From Dendrobates tinctorius (taxonomy: Eukaryota), in assembly GCF_039654945.1 (NCBI RefSeq), contig NW_027361924.1, positions 4,464,001-4,528,000 of the forward strand: a stretch of DNA of 64,000 nt. The letters are read 5' to 3'. Positions within the stretch are counted from its first letter, which is position 1. Each line of letters opens with the position of its first letter. The notes under the pieces are model-generated. The model was not told the DNA's origin. It did not search any database and worked only from the letters and a program-made list of their open reading frames with translations. The translations under genes were made by a program, and so were the position numbers. Below are positions 48,573-60,200 of this stretch, in pieces.

Positions 48573-48860
48573 ATCCAGGGCCGGCGCCCCCTGCCGCTGG
48601 GCACAGCTCGTCCCGCAGGGCTCGGCCGTTTCTCCGCTCCCGGCCTGAGCGCCTGGGCCTCTTCACCACCGAGCGTAGCGATTGGCCGACAGACGCTCCA
48701 CCCACACCCTCACCAGGCGATACGATTGGTCGAGGAGCCGAGCGTTGAATGACGGGAGATGTAGTCCTCGTGTGCAGGAGCGGAGGCTGTGATTGGTTGG
48801 AAGAGGGATGTGACGTATGAGGAGACGCAGCCAGGGTCACCGGCAACATGGCTGCGCCCA
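48573..48860. promoter_or_regulatory. GID4/ATPAF2 bidirectional CpG-rich promoter
   Basis: Three CCAAT boxes (48681, 48725, 48792), ZNF143/THAP11 motif ACTACATCTCCC (48754-48765, minus), CRE half-sites, YY1-like AACATGGC (48845). Confidence 0.8.
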
Positions 48861-49376
48861 GAGGAGGAGGTGCCGGGAGGATGAGCATGGCGCCGCTCAC
48901 CTGCCCCTGTGTGATGTGAGCAGGTACATTGGTAGCAGTGCTGTGGCCCCTGAGATTCGCCCTGTTCTTTTTTTTTTTTTGCCATTGGGCGCCATCACAG
49001 ATCTTGCACCTCTCACCTTCTTTAGCTGCTGAATGAGTTAGCTGAGCATATATCAGTGAGCTCGCTCTGATTGTCCTCACTCTTATCTGGCTTTTTCTGA
49101 GCTCCTCTCTGATCTATGACTGCAGACCTCATCAGGGTTGATTGTGGCCTGTAAAAGCCAAACGGTGCATAATCTGTACTGAAACCCAATTGCAAAATTG
49201 ATTTTTAACCCCAAAATCAATGTATTTCAGTAAATATCTCCACAGGTGGACATCCCCTTTAAATGTAAAATAGCCTCTTACTTTAAGGTCTATTGTTTTA
49301 TATTCACACTCAGCATTTTGTGTTCTTTTATTTTAGTTTTCTAAACTAAGTGCAAAAATACCCCCCCACTGTCAGG

Positions 49377-52300
49377 ATGCTGCCGATCCTTCACCGTATG
49401 TTGTCAGCGCGTCCTGCGGGTGTGACCGGAGGCCTGTGCCGCAAACTGCGCTCGCTGGACAGCATCGTCACCCAGAGGAGGTCCTATGCTCCCCCTACTG
49501 GTGAGTACTGACAAGTATGTGACCCCCATAGATGAGGGGATGCTTCTTATATGGATAAAGCGTATGTAAGCACCTCTTATTATAAATTATCGCCATTCTT
49601 AAGAATTACTTTTGTTTATTGCCAAGGCTACCAGCCACCTCTGCTGTCTATCAGGGGTGGCCGGTCTCTTAGGCAAGGAGTGCAGCTTACAAGCTTATTA
49701 CCACCCAGCCTGCGAGCGCTGCCTTCAGGGCTGAGCAGATCATTGCCCCTGATGTTACAGAGCTGGCAGCGCGGGAGGGTGCAGAGTGGAAGCCAAGGGG
49801 GCGACCATGCCAAAATGTCAATAATGGGGAGCGCAAGGCAGAGAGGTCGGCACTTGAATAGTGATCATGAAAATTCCCCTTAGGAAACTAGAAAATAAAG
49901 TAAAAAATTAAAGTGAAACGTTCTCCCAATAAAAATAAATCTTAAAAAATGAAAGCTAAACCTACTTGATGTCGCTGCATCGGTACAAATTCGGACTATC
50001 AAGATATGAAAAGACAGGGAAAAAAAGGCCAAAAATGTGAGTTGTGCCGCCAGGTTATTTTTCAGTTATATTGATACCTTCCACACAAACATAATCAGAA
50101 TTCATGTTTTCCCCATATTCTAGTGTATTTAATGGTAAAATGAATGGCGACATTCAAAACTATAACTCGTCCCTCAAAAAACAAGACCCGACAGTGACAC
50201 AGCTATGAGACTGGAAGAATATGAAAAAAAGTTACCACTCTTCTAAGAAGGGGACGCAAAAAAAAAAAAATGAAAAATCGCCTAGTCTGGATTAAAGGGG
50301 TTGTGTAAATTAGAGAAAATCTTGGCTTTTTTTTTTTTGCCAGAAACAGCGTCACACCTGGTAATGGAACTCCGCTGTAATGCCACATACAACCTGCGAA
50401 CAGGGGTGGCGCTGTTTATCTAAACATATTACATGTGATGTATGAATCTGATCCTGGACAATCCCTATAATCCACTCGTAGATTTTGTGAATTACCGTAT
50501 AATCTGTATCCGATCCAGCTTCTGTTTTTGTTTTCTATTGTTCTAGAAAGAAAGAAATTTTATGAGAGTGTCAGCATTTCCCAAGGTGAAGGTGAGCAGC
50601 TCGCACCTATATTCTGCCTCCTAGGAAGGCTAATATGTATTCATGCATGTGTTTATGCACTCTGAGTCTCTTTGTTTTCTGATACAGAGATCCATAGACA
50701 AAAATGTTACATGATATGTGTCTACCTGGAGCCACCACAAGGGGGAGCTCATTGCAGACTGGGTTTTTTTATTAGGCTCAAAATAAGACCAGTAAGCACA
50801 GAGCTCCCTCTAGTGGTAGCTGCAGGCACAGCTCAATAATACAATTCATTGTGTATACAGATTTAGACCTCTGTGTCGGAGAAACAAAGTTCTGCCATCT
50901 ACAGGGGTATTTATTTATTTAGATGAGGATATACAATTCCCAGCGCTAAAAATGACAGACCCCAGTAGATCTAATATTACTAGTGAAAGTCCCAGCTTAA
51001 CCTAAGGATAAGATATCAAGGGAAAGGAGTCGAGTGCTGTCTTCATGGTGGATTGGGCGGGTTTCACCCCGGATGACTTTGGACTCCGACGCCCCCATTC
51101 TCTGCTGCTCTCACCCTTTCTAAATATGTAGAATAATTTGATGTTTGCTGTAATTATCAGGTGGATTTGAGGTTAGCCTGGATCGTAGGAAGTTACGGAC
51201 CCCGCAAGGAAAGATCTTTACTGTCCCGAGTGAACCTCTAGCGATAGCCGTGGCCACCGAGTGGGAATCCCAGCGAGACACCATCAAATTCTTCACAATG
51301 CACCTGGTAACTGAGACCATCCAAGAAATTATCTATTATCTATCTTTCTATTTATAATAATAATCTCCTTTTACATAGCGCCAACATATTCCGCAGCACT
51401 TTACAGTTTGCACACATTATCATCACTGTCCCCATTGGGGCTCACAATCTAAATTCCCTATCACTAGGTCTTTGGAGTGTGGGTGGAAACCGGAGAACCT
51501 GGAGGAAACCCACACAAACACTTATCTATCCATCATCTATTATCTATCTGTCCCCCCTCTTTTCCCGTCCTGCAGACCACCCTGTGTAACACGGCTCTGG
51601 ATAACCCAACGCACAGGAGTAAGGAGCAGCTGATCGCGGCCTCTTTGAAGTTCCTGGATACAGATACCATCTGGTGAGTCTCTTGCGCCTCCTGCCATCG
51701 CTGGGTTGGAGCCTCTCACTGACTCTTTTCCTAAAATCCTCTGTGCTGCTGGGCCGACTCTGTTCCTCCCACGTCTCCTTCTCGCCCCTCTCCACTGATC
51801 CTGGCACATTCAGCCTTGTTCTCACTATTATAAAAGTGGCCACATCATTGCCTCCCAGTTTATGACTGCATTCCTGAAATGCTCTGTGCTGCAGATCGCC
51901 CTTACACTTCATTCACATGTCCGTTTGACTGCTGTCCGATTTTCATGGACTGTTGCATTAGAAAAGAGAAACTTTTTTTTTTCTTTCTTCCCCATGAAGA
52001 CATAAAAATGATGCAACTCATTCAGTTTTACTCATACGTGAAAAAAAAAAACCTGACATGTGAATGAGGCCTTACACTTGACTCTTCTGCCCCTAACCTA
52101 CAGGATGAGCACAGACCGCTCCTGAAATACTCTGTGCTACTGTGATCTCCTGCTCTGTCCTCAGTCACATCCTCCTCATAGGACGGGAGAGATCACTGCC
52201 TCCCATGACAGTAACACACTCCGCTCCTGAATTCCTCTGCCCTGCTGGGGCACACATGCCACCCACTCCCACAATGTGACCGCACCACCCACTCCCACAA

Positions 52301-54161
52301 TGTGACCGCACCACCCACTCCCACAATGTGACCGCACCACTCACCCCCACAATGTGACCACACCGTTCACTCCTTCCTGTTTTGTTTTCCCCCTGCAGTT
52401 ACCGAGTAGAGGAGCCCCCTGCACTGGTAGAGCTACAGACGAACGAATGGGACCCTGTACTGAAATGGGCGGAAAATAGGTGAGAGGGTGCAGTGTTCTG
52501 ACATCCCGTGTATCGTTAAAGGGATGTTCCATTTCTGGGGACAATATATTTTTCTTCACGGAAATGCTTTTATTTGGGATAATAATTCATTTTTGCAATT
52601 GGGTTTCATCAATTATTTTGCACCGTTTGGCTTTTACAGACAGTTTCAACTTTAATATGGTCATAAAAAAGCTTAGCGGAGCTTAGATAGAAGAGTTAGA
52701 AACTCATTGGACCTTCAGAAGGAGCTCACTGATAGAATCTCCGTCTACTCATTATGCAGCCAGCAGTAGACAGCGCGACTCGGAGACTGTAGAAGGCAAA
52801 CGATGGAAACATTTTAATGAAACACAATTGCAAAAATTATTTTTATTCAAAAATATATACAATTAGGAAAACAAAACTATTTATCGCGGGTTCTGCTCCT
52901 CAGGTACAATGTTGTGATCGGCTCGTCCACCAGCATCATGGGTCCACTTATTCCAGATGAGACCAGAGAGGTGTTACACCGCCATCTGGCCTCCTACAAC
53001 TCCTGGTCATTAATAGGTCAGTGACCGCCATGTTGTCCGCTCCTCGGGGCTGCGTCTGTGTCCCTACTCTGATGATTTCTGCTCCGCAGGCATCGAGTTT
53101 ATGGTTTCTCAGCTGAAATCGCTGATACTCGCCTTGGGCCTTCTGGATCGATTCATGACTGTACAAAAGGCCGTCCTGCTGTCCCGCCTGGAGGAGGAGT
53201 ATCAGGTACATCGGTCTCCTGGGAATAAGTACTCCTCGATTCCCCATAGAGGCCCATGATATGGTAAAAGAGGTCTCCCTAACGGCAGCCTGAGAGGAAG
53301 GGGTGCACATACTTTCTGTGGTTGTATATATTTATAACGTGGGACTTAAAACCAGCAAAAAAAATATATATTTTGTTTTTCCTCCTATTTTTCCAAGAGC
53401 CATTGATGGCAGCAGCCATGGAGGCCTTCTGCATGTCCAAAGCAGCCATGATATCCCATCGACTCCCGCGATTGCATTGTGGGGGGGTGTCAATGGCATG
53501 TGAGCTATTTAAATGCCACATTCAGTGATTAACAACAGTCGTTAAATAGTTAAACAGCAGCAAACTGAGTTAGCTCTGGTTGCTGCTGTTGCATCTGGAT
53601 AACACGGCTGGCATCTCCAGCTCCTGAGCTCGCTTCGTTCATCCGGACTCAACATATGTAAAGGGGGAATCTAGTGGAATGACCCTTTGATATCTGACAT
53701 ATGTAAAGGGGGAATCCAGTGGAAGGACCCTTTGTTATATAATGGGTGCCTGTGATCTGGGACCACCATTATGAAAGGGTTTTATAGAGCATGGGTCTCC
53801 AGCTATACATAGACTATAACAGCCTATGAGGTAGACCGGGAGTTGTAGTCTAGTAGTCGCAGTTTGTAGACCCTTGCTTTAGGGATCAGACCCCTTTGGC
53901 ACGGTACAACATTGTAATGGAAGGGATGAACCTGTGACAGAAATCTCCAGGTAGGATCAAAGGGCTCAGATTCATCTACTATTATCTGATGGACATTTAA
54001 CCCTTTATTCTCTCTGACGGCAGATCCAGCGCTGGCGCAACGTGGAATGGGCTCACGACTACGACCTTCAGGAGTTACAGGCCCGAACGGCTGCAGGGAC
54101 CCTCTTTGTCCATCTCTGTTCATCAAGCTCCAGTATTAAGCACAAGCTCCTGCAGGACTGA
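49377..54161 (+). CDS. ATPAF2: ATP synthase mitochondrial F1 assembly factor 2 (ATP12); exons 49377-49500, 50547-50591, 51161-51306, 51576-51673, 52399-52479, 52904-53016, 53090-53205, 54024-54161
   Basis: Spliced CDS 861 nt = 286 aa. Arg-rich presequence, then YAPPTERKKFY...LAIAVATEW...TTLCNTALD...FLDTDTICYRVEEP...SRLEEEYQ...EWAHDYD...HKLLQD*. The start codon is slightly less certain than the rest. Confidence 0.95.
51353..51522 (-). mobile_element. SINE/L2-tail remnant
   Basis: Minus strand ends ...GTAAAGTGCTGCGGAATATGTTGGCGCTATGT...(ATT)n, resembling L2-tailed amphibian SINEs. Confidence 0.6.
52259..52362. repeat. 26-bp tandem repeat (~4 copies) in an ATPAF2 intron
   Basis: CCACCCACTCCCACAATGTGACCGCA. 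Confidence 0.8.
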
Positions 54162-55234
54162 CGTTCGAGATCCACCATGACGCACGGACGACATCTCGCT
54201 TCTCACCACAATGCTGTTTCAATGTTTAAAATCAAAACATAAAAATCCATTTTGTGTTCACAGCTCCCATGCAGAATACTGCGATTCCTTGGTTACAGAC
54301 TACAAGCCATCTGTGCAGTCAAGCAGTCCTGTACTTCTTGATAGGTTAGCAAGATGTAGGGGACGGATAAAAGGAGGCGTCATTGCAGGATCAGGTGAAC
54401 AGGGTTCATTTGTAGTTATAGGTCTGCATTGGAGCTGTGTACACAAAACAGTCGGAAATCAAGTCATAAAAAAAAGCTCCATTCCTAATCATGTATACTT
54501 TTTTTGAAACATAAAAAAAAAATATCATAAATGAGAAAAGGGTTAATATATAATGTGTTGTCGGTTTACATAGGACTGCACATGACAGGATCGTTCTTCC
54601 TCGCTGATGAGCTTCCTAGGGCCAATTACACAAAATGACTGTTGTGGTCAGGTGATTCATTAGAGTCTTTGGGGCGGAGGGGGGGGGACTTTTTCTTTCT
54701 TTTGGAGACCACCCAGCAGGTATAGGGAAAAGTATGCAAATTAGCGCCGCAAAAGGAAGCAGGAGCGTTCTCCACCTATCGGAGGTCAATGTTTAACCCT
54801 TTGATGACTTAGGATTTTAGCCAAACAAGAGACTCCTCCAAAAATGAAAGGCAGCAATCTGTAGTCATGGGGGGGGTCTCGGTGTTCTTGCCCCCTCTTC
54901 AGTCAGGGCTGGATAGTGGTCAGCAAGAGAAAGGCCTTTGGAGATTTAGGAGGTAAAGTCTGCTTTCATTCAGAAACGGCGCCACTCGTGACTTGTGTTT
55001 GGTATTACAGCTCCACTGAAGCTGAGCTGCAGTTTCACACATAATCCATGGTCTGGGTTGGCGCTTTTTCTTAAAGAAAGCTGCCATCTTTTTTTTTTTC
55101 TAATCCTGGACAACCCTTTTAAAGGAGACTTTCCACAAAGAGAAAGCTGTCATGTGTGTGTGAACTGAACCTTAAATGACAGTTTTTGGTCAATTTGGCG
55201 TGAAACGCGGCTCCTTGCTTGGCCGGAGAGACTG

Positions 55235-57151
55235 TCATATTTGCTCCAGCACGTCAAGGTTGTCCAGCTCGTCTCGCAAGTGATCGATGTACGCGTTGAT
55301 CTCGGCGACCCGCTTCCGATTCCTTTGCAGTTCTTCCCTGTGAACCTTGACAGAAGTTGACATAAAATGAATTACCGGTTGGTGTAACGACGGCAGGGAG
55401 CGATCGTAGGACCTCAAGCTATGATGGTATCTCAGGACCCTGGGGAGATGACAGACGCGGGTTATTACCGCTCCTGTCTTCTACTATAAAGTGATCACTG
55501 AGCGCTATGTACTCACAGACAACTCTGTAGGACCTGCAGGCCACAATATTGCTAGGTTTCCAACATCGGAGCCGAGCTGGGTCGGCTTTCCCAGAAAATT
55601 ATCTCCCAGTCTCCTCAGTAACTGAGGCTCTTAGTGATGCCCCAGTTACAGTGGGAAAAATGATGAATGAAGTTGCTCTTGCCTCCTCCAGATGTACGCG
55701 ATTTGTCCGAAGGCCGGGAGAGTGGACACAGTGCTGACTGACTGCAGGGAGAACCAGTGCAGACACCACTGGAATGGCACCGGATGTGAGCATAGGTGTT
55801 ATTATTTTACAAGGGAGGGAACATAGGAAATCAGAAGGGGTTGTCCAAGTAGTGGACAACCCCTTAAAAAAAACAAAACATGGCTTCTTTCTTTCTGAAA
55901 CTGCCATCCATGCCCCTGGGTTGTGTCTGATATTACAGCTGTAATATCAAACAACCTGCAGACAGGTGGGGGCGCTGTTGCCATGTTTTCTAAATCTATT
56001 TCTTTTTTTTTTTTTTTTTGATTTTCGATTTGTGACCTTTTAGCAGCTGTCACAGAAAACCTCGTACAACCTCCAAAATAAAAAAAAAAAATCTCACCTT
56101 TTGTACCAGGTTTGTAGCCCAGTTGTTAATTTTGGTGACCAGCTCGTCCTCTCGGTTGTCGATTTTCAACATGTGTATGTCATGGGAGGAGCTGACCGCA
56201 TTAATGATGGTGTCTTTGTCTACAAATAACTGTTAGGAGAGTAGAAAGAGAGTGACCGCGAGCAGCGACTTCGGTATATCTGCTCTGTCCACCATGCTTT
56301 ACACTGCTAGATCTAAGTATTATATTACCGCTCGAAGTTCATCGGTCATGTCTTCGTCCATCTCCCCCTTCAGGACGCTCTCCAGCAGGCTGATGCACAG
56401 CTCCAGGAGCTTCTCGTGGTGCTGGTTCTCTAGGTCTCTGATCTGGGCCATTGTACGGGGACGAGTCAGGGCAAATTTTTGTGACCGTAGTAATAAAATT
56501 CCATCACTTTACCCAATGATTTGTCTTTTTATCTATTCCTCCCTCACTCAGTATCATATCGTATCTTCATTTGGTAAGCAACTAAAGGTTATCTATTGTT
56601 CCCTGTTATCAGCCACTTTATTATCCCTGATCTCGCATGGTGGAGGCCCTCCAGAAACATTGCTTACCTCGCTTATCTCCAAAAAGAAGCAAAAAGTTCA
56701 GGGAGGCAATAAACCCTTGTAATGGCGATCATTCACTAGTAAGGAAAAGTTAAGCAATTGTCTCCTATAGAACGGATTTCAACTTCTCTGCTCGCTGTCA
56801 GTGAATGGGAGGATTTTATTGTTCACTGGCGAAATGTCTTGCTCATGCCAGGTATCTACTTTTAAAAAGGGGTTAATAAGGAATAGCATATGGCTAGAAC
56901 ATGCCTTTAAAGGGGTTTTGCAAAACCGCTGTTACCTGGATTCAATTTTTTTTAAATATGCGCATTACTCACCCTTCCCAGGTCCAGCGCCGGGTTCTGT
57001 TATTGTCTGATGTTACGTCAAGAGCTCTGTAGCCAATCAAATCATGCCATCAAAGAGCTGAGCTCACTGATTGGCTGCCATGATGAGACATCCGCGCTGC
57101 AGACAATGAGACACTTGGAGCTTTGGCGTTGGACCTGGGGAGGGTGAGTAT

Positions 57152-57230
<79 letters not shown>

Positions 57231-60200
57231 CAACCATTCATGATGATTCTACCTCTTGTACACATTTAACGCACACGAGCATTTGCATTCATCCAGATAG
57301 AAGTTTAACCTCATCACCTCTGGGTGGTTTTTCTGTTTGTATCCGTTTTTCCTCCCCTTATTCCCAGCGCCACTTTTTTTTAATTCTCCATCAATATGGC
57401 CACGTGAGGGCTTCTTTTCTGACACCATTGATTTTACCATATAGTGTACTGGAAAAATGGAATAAAATTCCAAATGCCGCGAAATTGCAAAAAAAGTGTA
57501 ATTCCTTAATTGTTTTTTGGGGGTTTTCATTTACTATAGTCACTATATGGTAAAACTGACATGACAGTATGATTCTCCAGGTCATTACGAGTGTGCAGAT
57601 ACCAAACATGGATGGGTTCTTTTTGATTTATGGTAGGTGGTGAAAAAAAATCCAAAATTTGTAAGAAAGCATTTTTTTTGCTTATTTTTTTTTTATCTTT
57701 GATTATTTTCATTTTTCTGGATACTGGGGGAGGGGGTGCGCTTCTTTTTGTGCCCTGCGTTGAAGTTTTTATTGTTTTTGAGGTAGATTTGATGTTTTGA
57801 TTGCCTATTATTGCAATTTATTGCAGTGTTGCGGCAGACAAAACACATGGCGTTTTCTTATTTTTTTCTATCGTTACGTCCTTTACTCATCGGATTGTTT
57901 TTATATTTTGATACATTGGACGTTTCTGAACTCAGCAATACCTAATATGTGTATTTTTTATTTTATTTTTTTGTTTTTTAATGGGGCAAAAGAAGCGTGA
58001 TTTGAACTTTTGCTTTTTTTTTTATTCTTTTTCATATTTTTAAAACTTTTTTTTTAACTTTTTACTGTATTTAATAGTTCCCTTAGGGGACTTGAAGCTT
58101 CTCTGCAAAGCAGAAGTCACAACCTGTGAACGCCGACCACGAGCCGGCGTTCACAGTAGAGCCACAATGACAGGCGTAGGGGTCTTCTGCAGACCCCTGG
58201 CTGTCATTACAACCATTCCCCCCCCCTCCAATTATGTGACAGGCACGCCGATGGGTGGGATTTGTGACGCGCTTCCAGCTGGCATCTGTTAAATCCCGCT
58301 ATCAGTGACTGACAGCAGGATTTAACAGCTGCGGGTGGAGCACTGTTAAAGGCACTTGTCGTGACGGGGTTGCTGATTACTGGGGGTCCGACCTCTGCCG
58401 ATCCTAAGTATGTAGGGTCTGCAGCGCCCCTGCCTAGAGCCGCAACTTCACAGCCTGCCCTATTCACTTGAAAGGATCTCCTTGCACTACAGCAAGCAGA
58501 GATCTTGAACATCTGAACGCACTGATATATAGATGGTGTATTACAAAACTGAAAAATGTGGTAGAAACTCGTTTTACTTTGTTCGCTGCCTCCAGACTGA
58601 GAAAGGATATAGGCTCTGCACCGTTTCCAGGAATGTGGACACCAGATCGCTGATATTACGCTCGTACTCCTTTAAGATTTCCTGCAGTAAGGAGAATGGA
58701 CCAGGTTATCGCCGACCCAAAGCATCGCTGCTGTAGCTGCACAAATCTAATTTTTCCCCTCCATTGTTCCTCCTGGCAATGGCTCGTACACGGTGTTTCC
58801 GTCCCCACTGCCAGCGCTGATTTACAGGTGCAGGGACACCAAAATGACAAGATGGAATGGTTTCATTAAGTTATTTCCCGGAGGAACAACAGAGGGAAAA
58901 CTACTTATAATGAAGAATTTACATAAGCGGACACATTTACCTCGAGCTGATCCACCAGTTGAATCTCCAGATGTAGCAGTGCGTCCATCAGCTGGGCCAC
59001 GTCCTGGCTGTACTGCAAGGATTTAGCATCCAGAATCTGCTGCTCGGTGATCTGGGAGAGTTGATATAGCAGCTGCCGGAAAAAAGGTAAAAAAAAAGCA
59101 TAAGCCCTTATATAACACAGCACAAACAGACCTACTGCAATTATGAATATAGCGCAACAGAACAACCCGAGCTGCAGCACAGAACTCCGGCGAGTGCAGT
59201 CAATACATGCTGTAAAAGTGGGACAGGAAGAAAAAAATGGGAGTAACTGGAGCAAATCCTCAGCCGTGACAAGGTTAGGTTTGCAGTCGCTGACGGCAAG
59301 CGGAGATCTTGAAAACGGTGCAGAATTGCAATGGTGGGTTGCAGGATTATTCATTATCATGAGCCCGATAGACGGTGACGTCTTCCTCACCTCGTTATTT
59401 TTCGACTCTAATTCTTGGATTTTCTTGGCTCCGGCCTCCTGGTTTTCTGTCACGGCTTCTTGCAGACATTCGTTGAATACCGCCATCTCTGCCTCCCTCT
59501 TCTCATGGTGCTGAAGACCGTAGTCGAATATATTCTGGCAGATTTCAGTGCACTTTGTCCTATAGGTGAGGGGCAGGCTAAGGAATCGCACAGGCAGGAA
59601 GTGGTGAGAGGGCAGGCGCCGAAAACTTTTGGGGATCAAGAATTACCGAACCGCCATATGGTGCCAGAATAATCTTTTTGTTACAGGAAGTGGGAGCGGC
59701 TTTGTTTCTCTACAGGAAGTGTAAGTGGGTCTTTGTAGGAAGTGGGGGGTGGGTCTTGTCTCTACAGGAAGTGGGGGTGGGTCTTTGTAGGAAGTCGGAG
59801 TGGGTCTTTGTAGGAAGTGGGGGGTGGGTCTTGTCTCTACAGGAAGTGGGGGTGGGTCTTTGTCTCTACAGGAAGTGGGGGTGGGTCTTTGTAGGAAGTC
59901 GGAGTGGGTCTTTGTAGGAAGTGGGGGTGGGTCTTTGTCTCTACAGGAAGTGAGAGTGGGTCTTTGTAGGAAGTGGGGGTGGGTCTTTGTCTCTACAGGA
60001 AGTGGAGGTGAGTCTTTGTAGGAAGTGGGAGTGGGTCTTTGTAGGAAGTGGGGGTGGGTCTTGTCTCTACAGGAAGTGGGGGTGGGTCTTTGTAGGAAGT
60101 CGGAGTGGGTCTTTGTAGGAAGTGGGGGGTGGGTCTTGTCTCTACAGGAAGTGGGGGTGGGTCTTTGTCTCTACAGGAAGTGGGGGTGGGTCTTTGTAGG

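Larger units (their letters stand above)
56453..58610 (-). other. DRC3: Second U12-type AT-AC intron of DRC3
   Basis: 5'ss ATATCCTTTC, branch-like GCCCTGAC (56465-56472), 3' end ccgtAC; splits a Leu codon CT|A. Confidence 0.9.

Noticed and set aside
48556-49080. 174-aa minus ORF as a GID4 N-terminal extension
   Set aside because: Different frame from GID4, ending at 48556; the GID4 frame has a stop at 48663-48665.
53838-53850. ZNF143-like GACTACAACTCCC in an ATPAF2 intron
   Set aside because: Isolated, no CpG-rich promoter context, and common in frog repeats.
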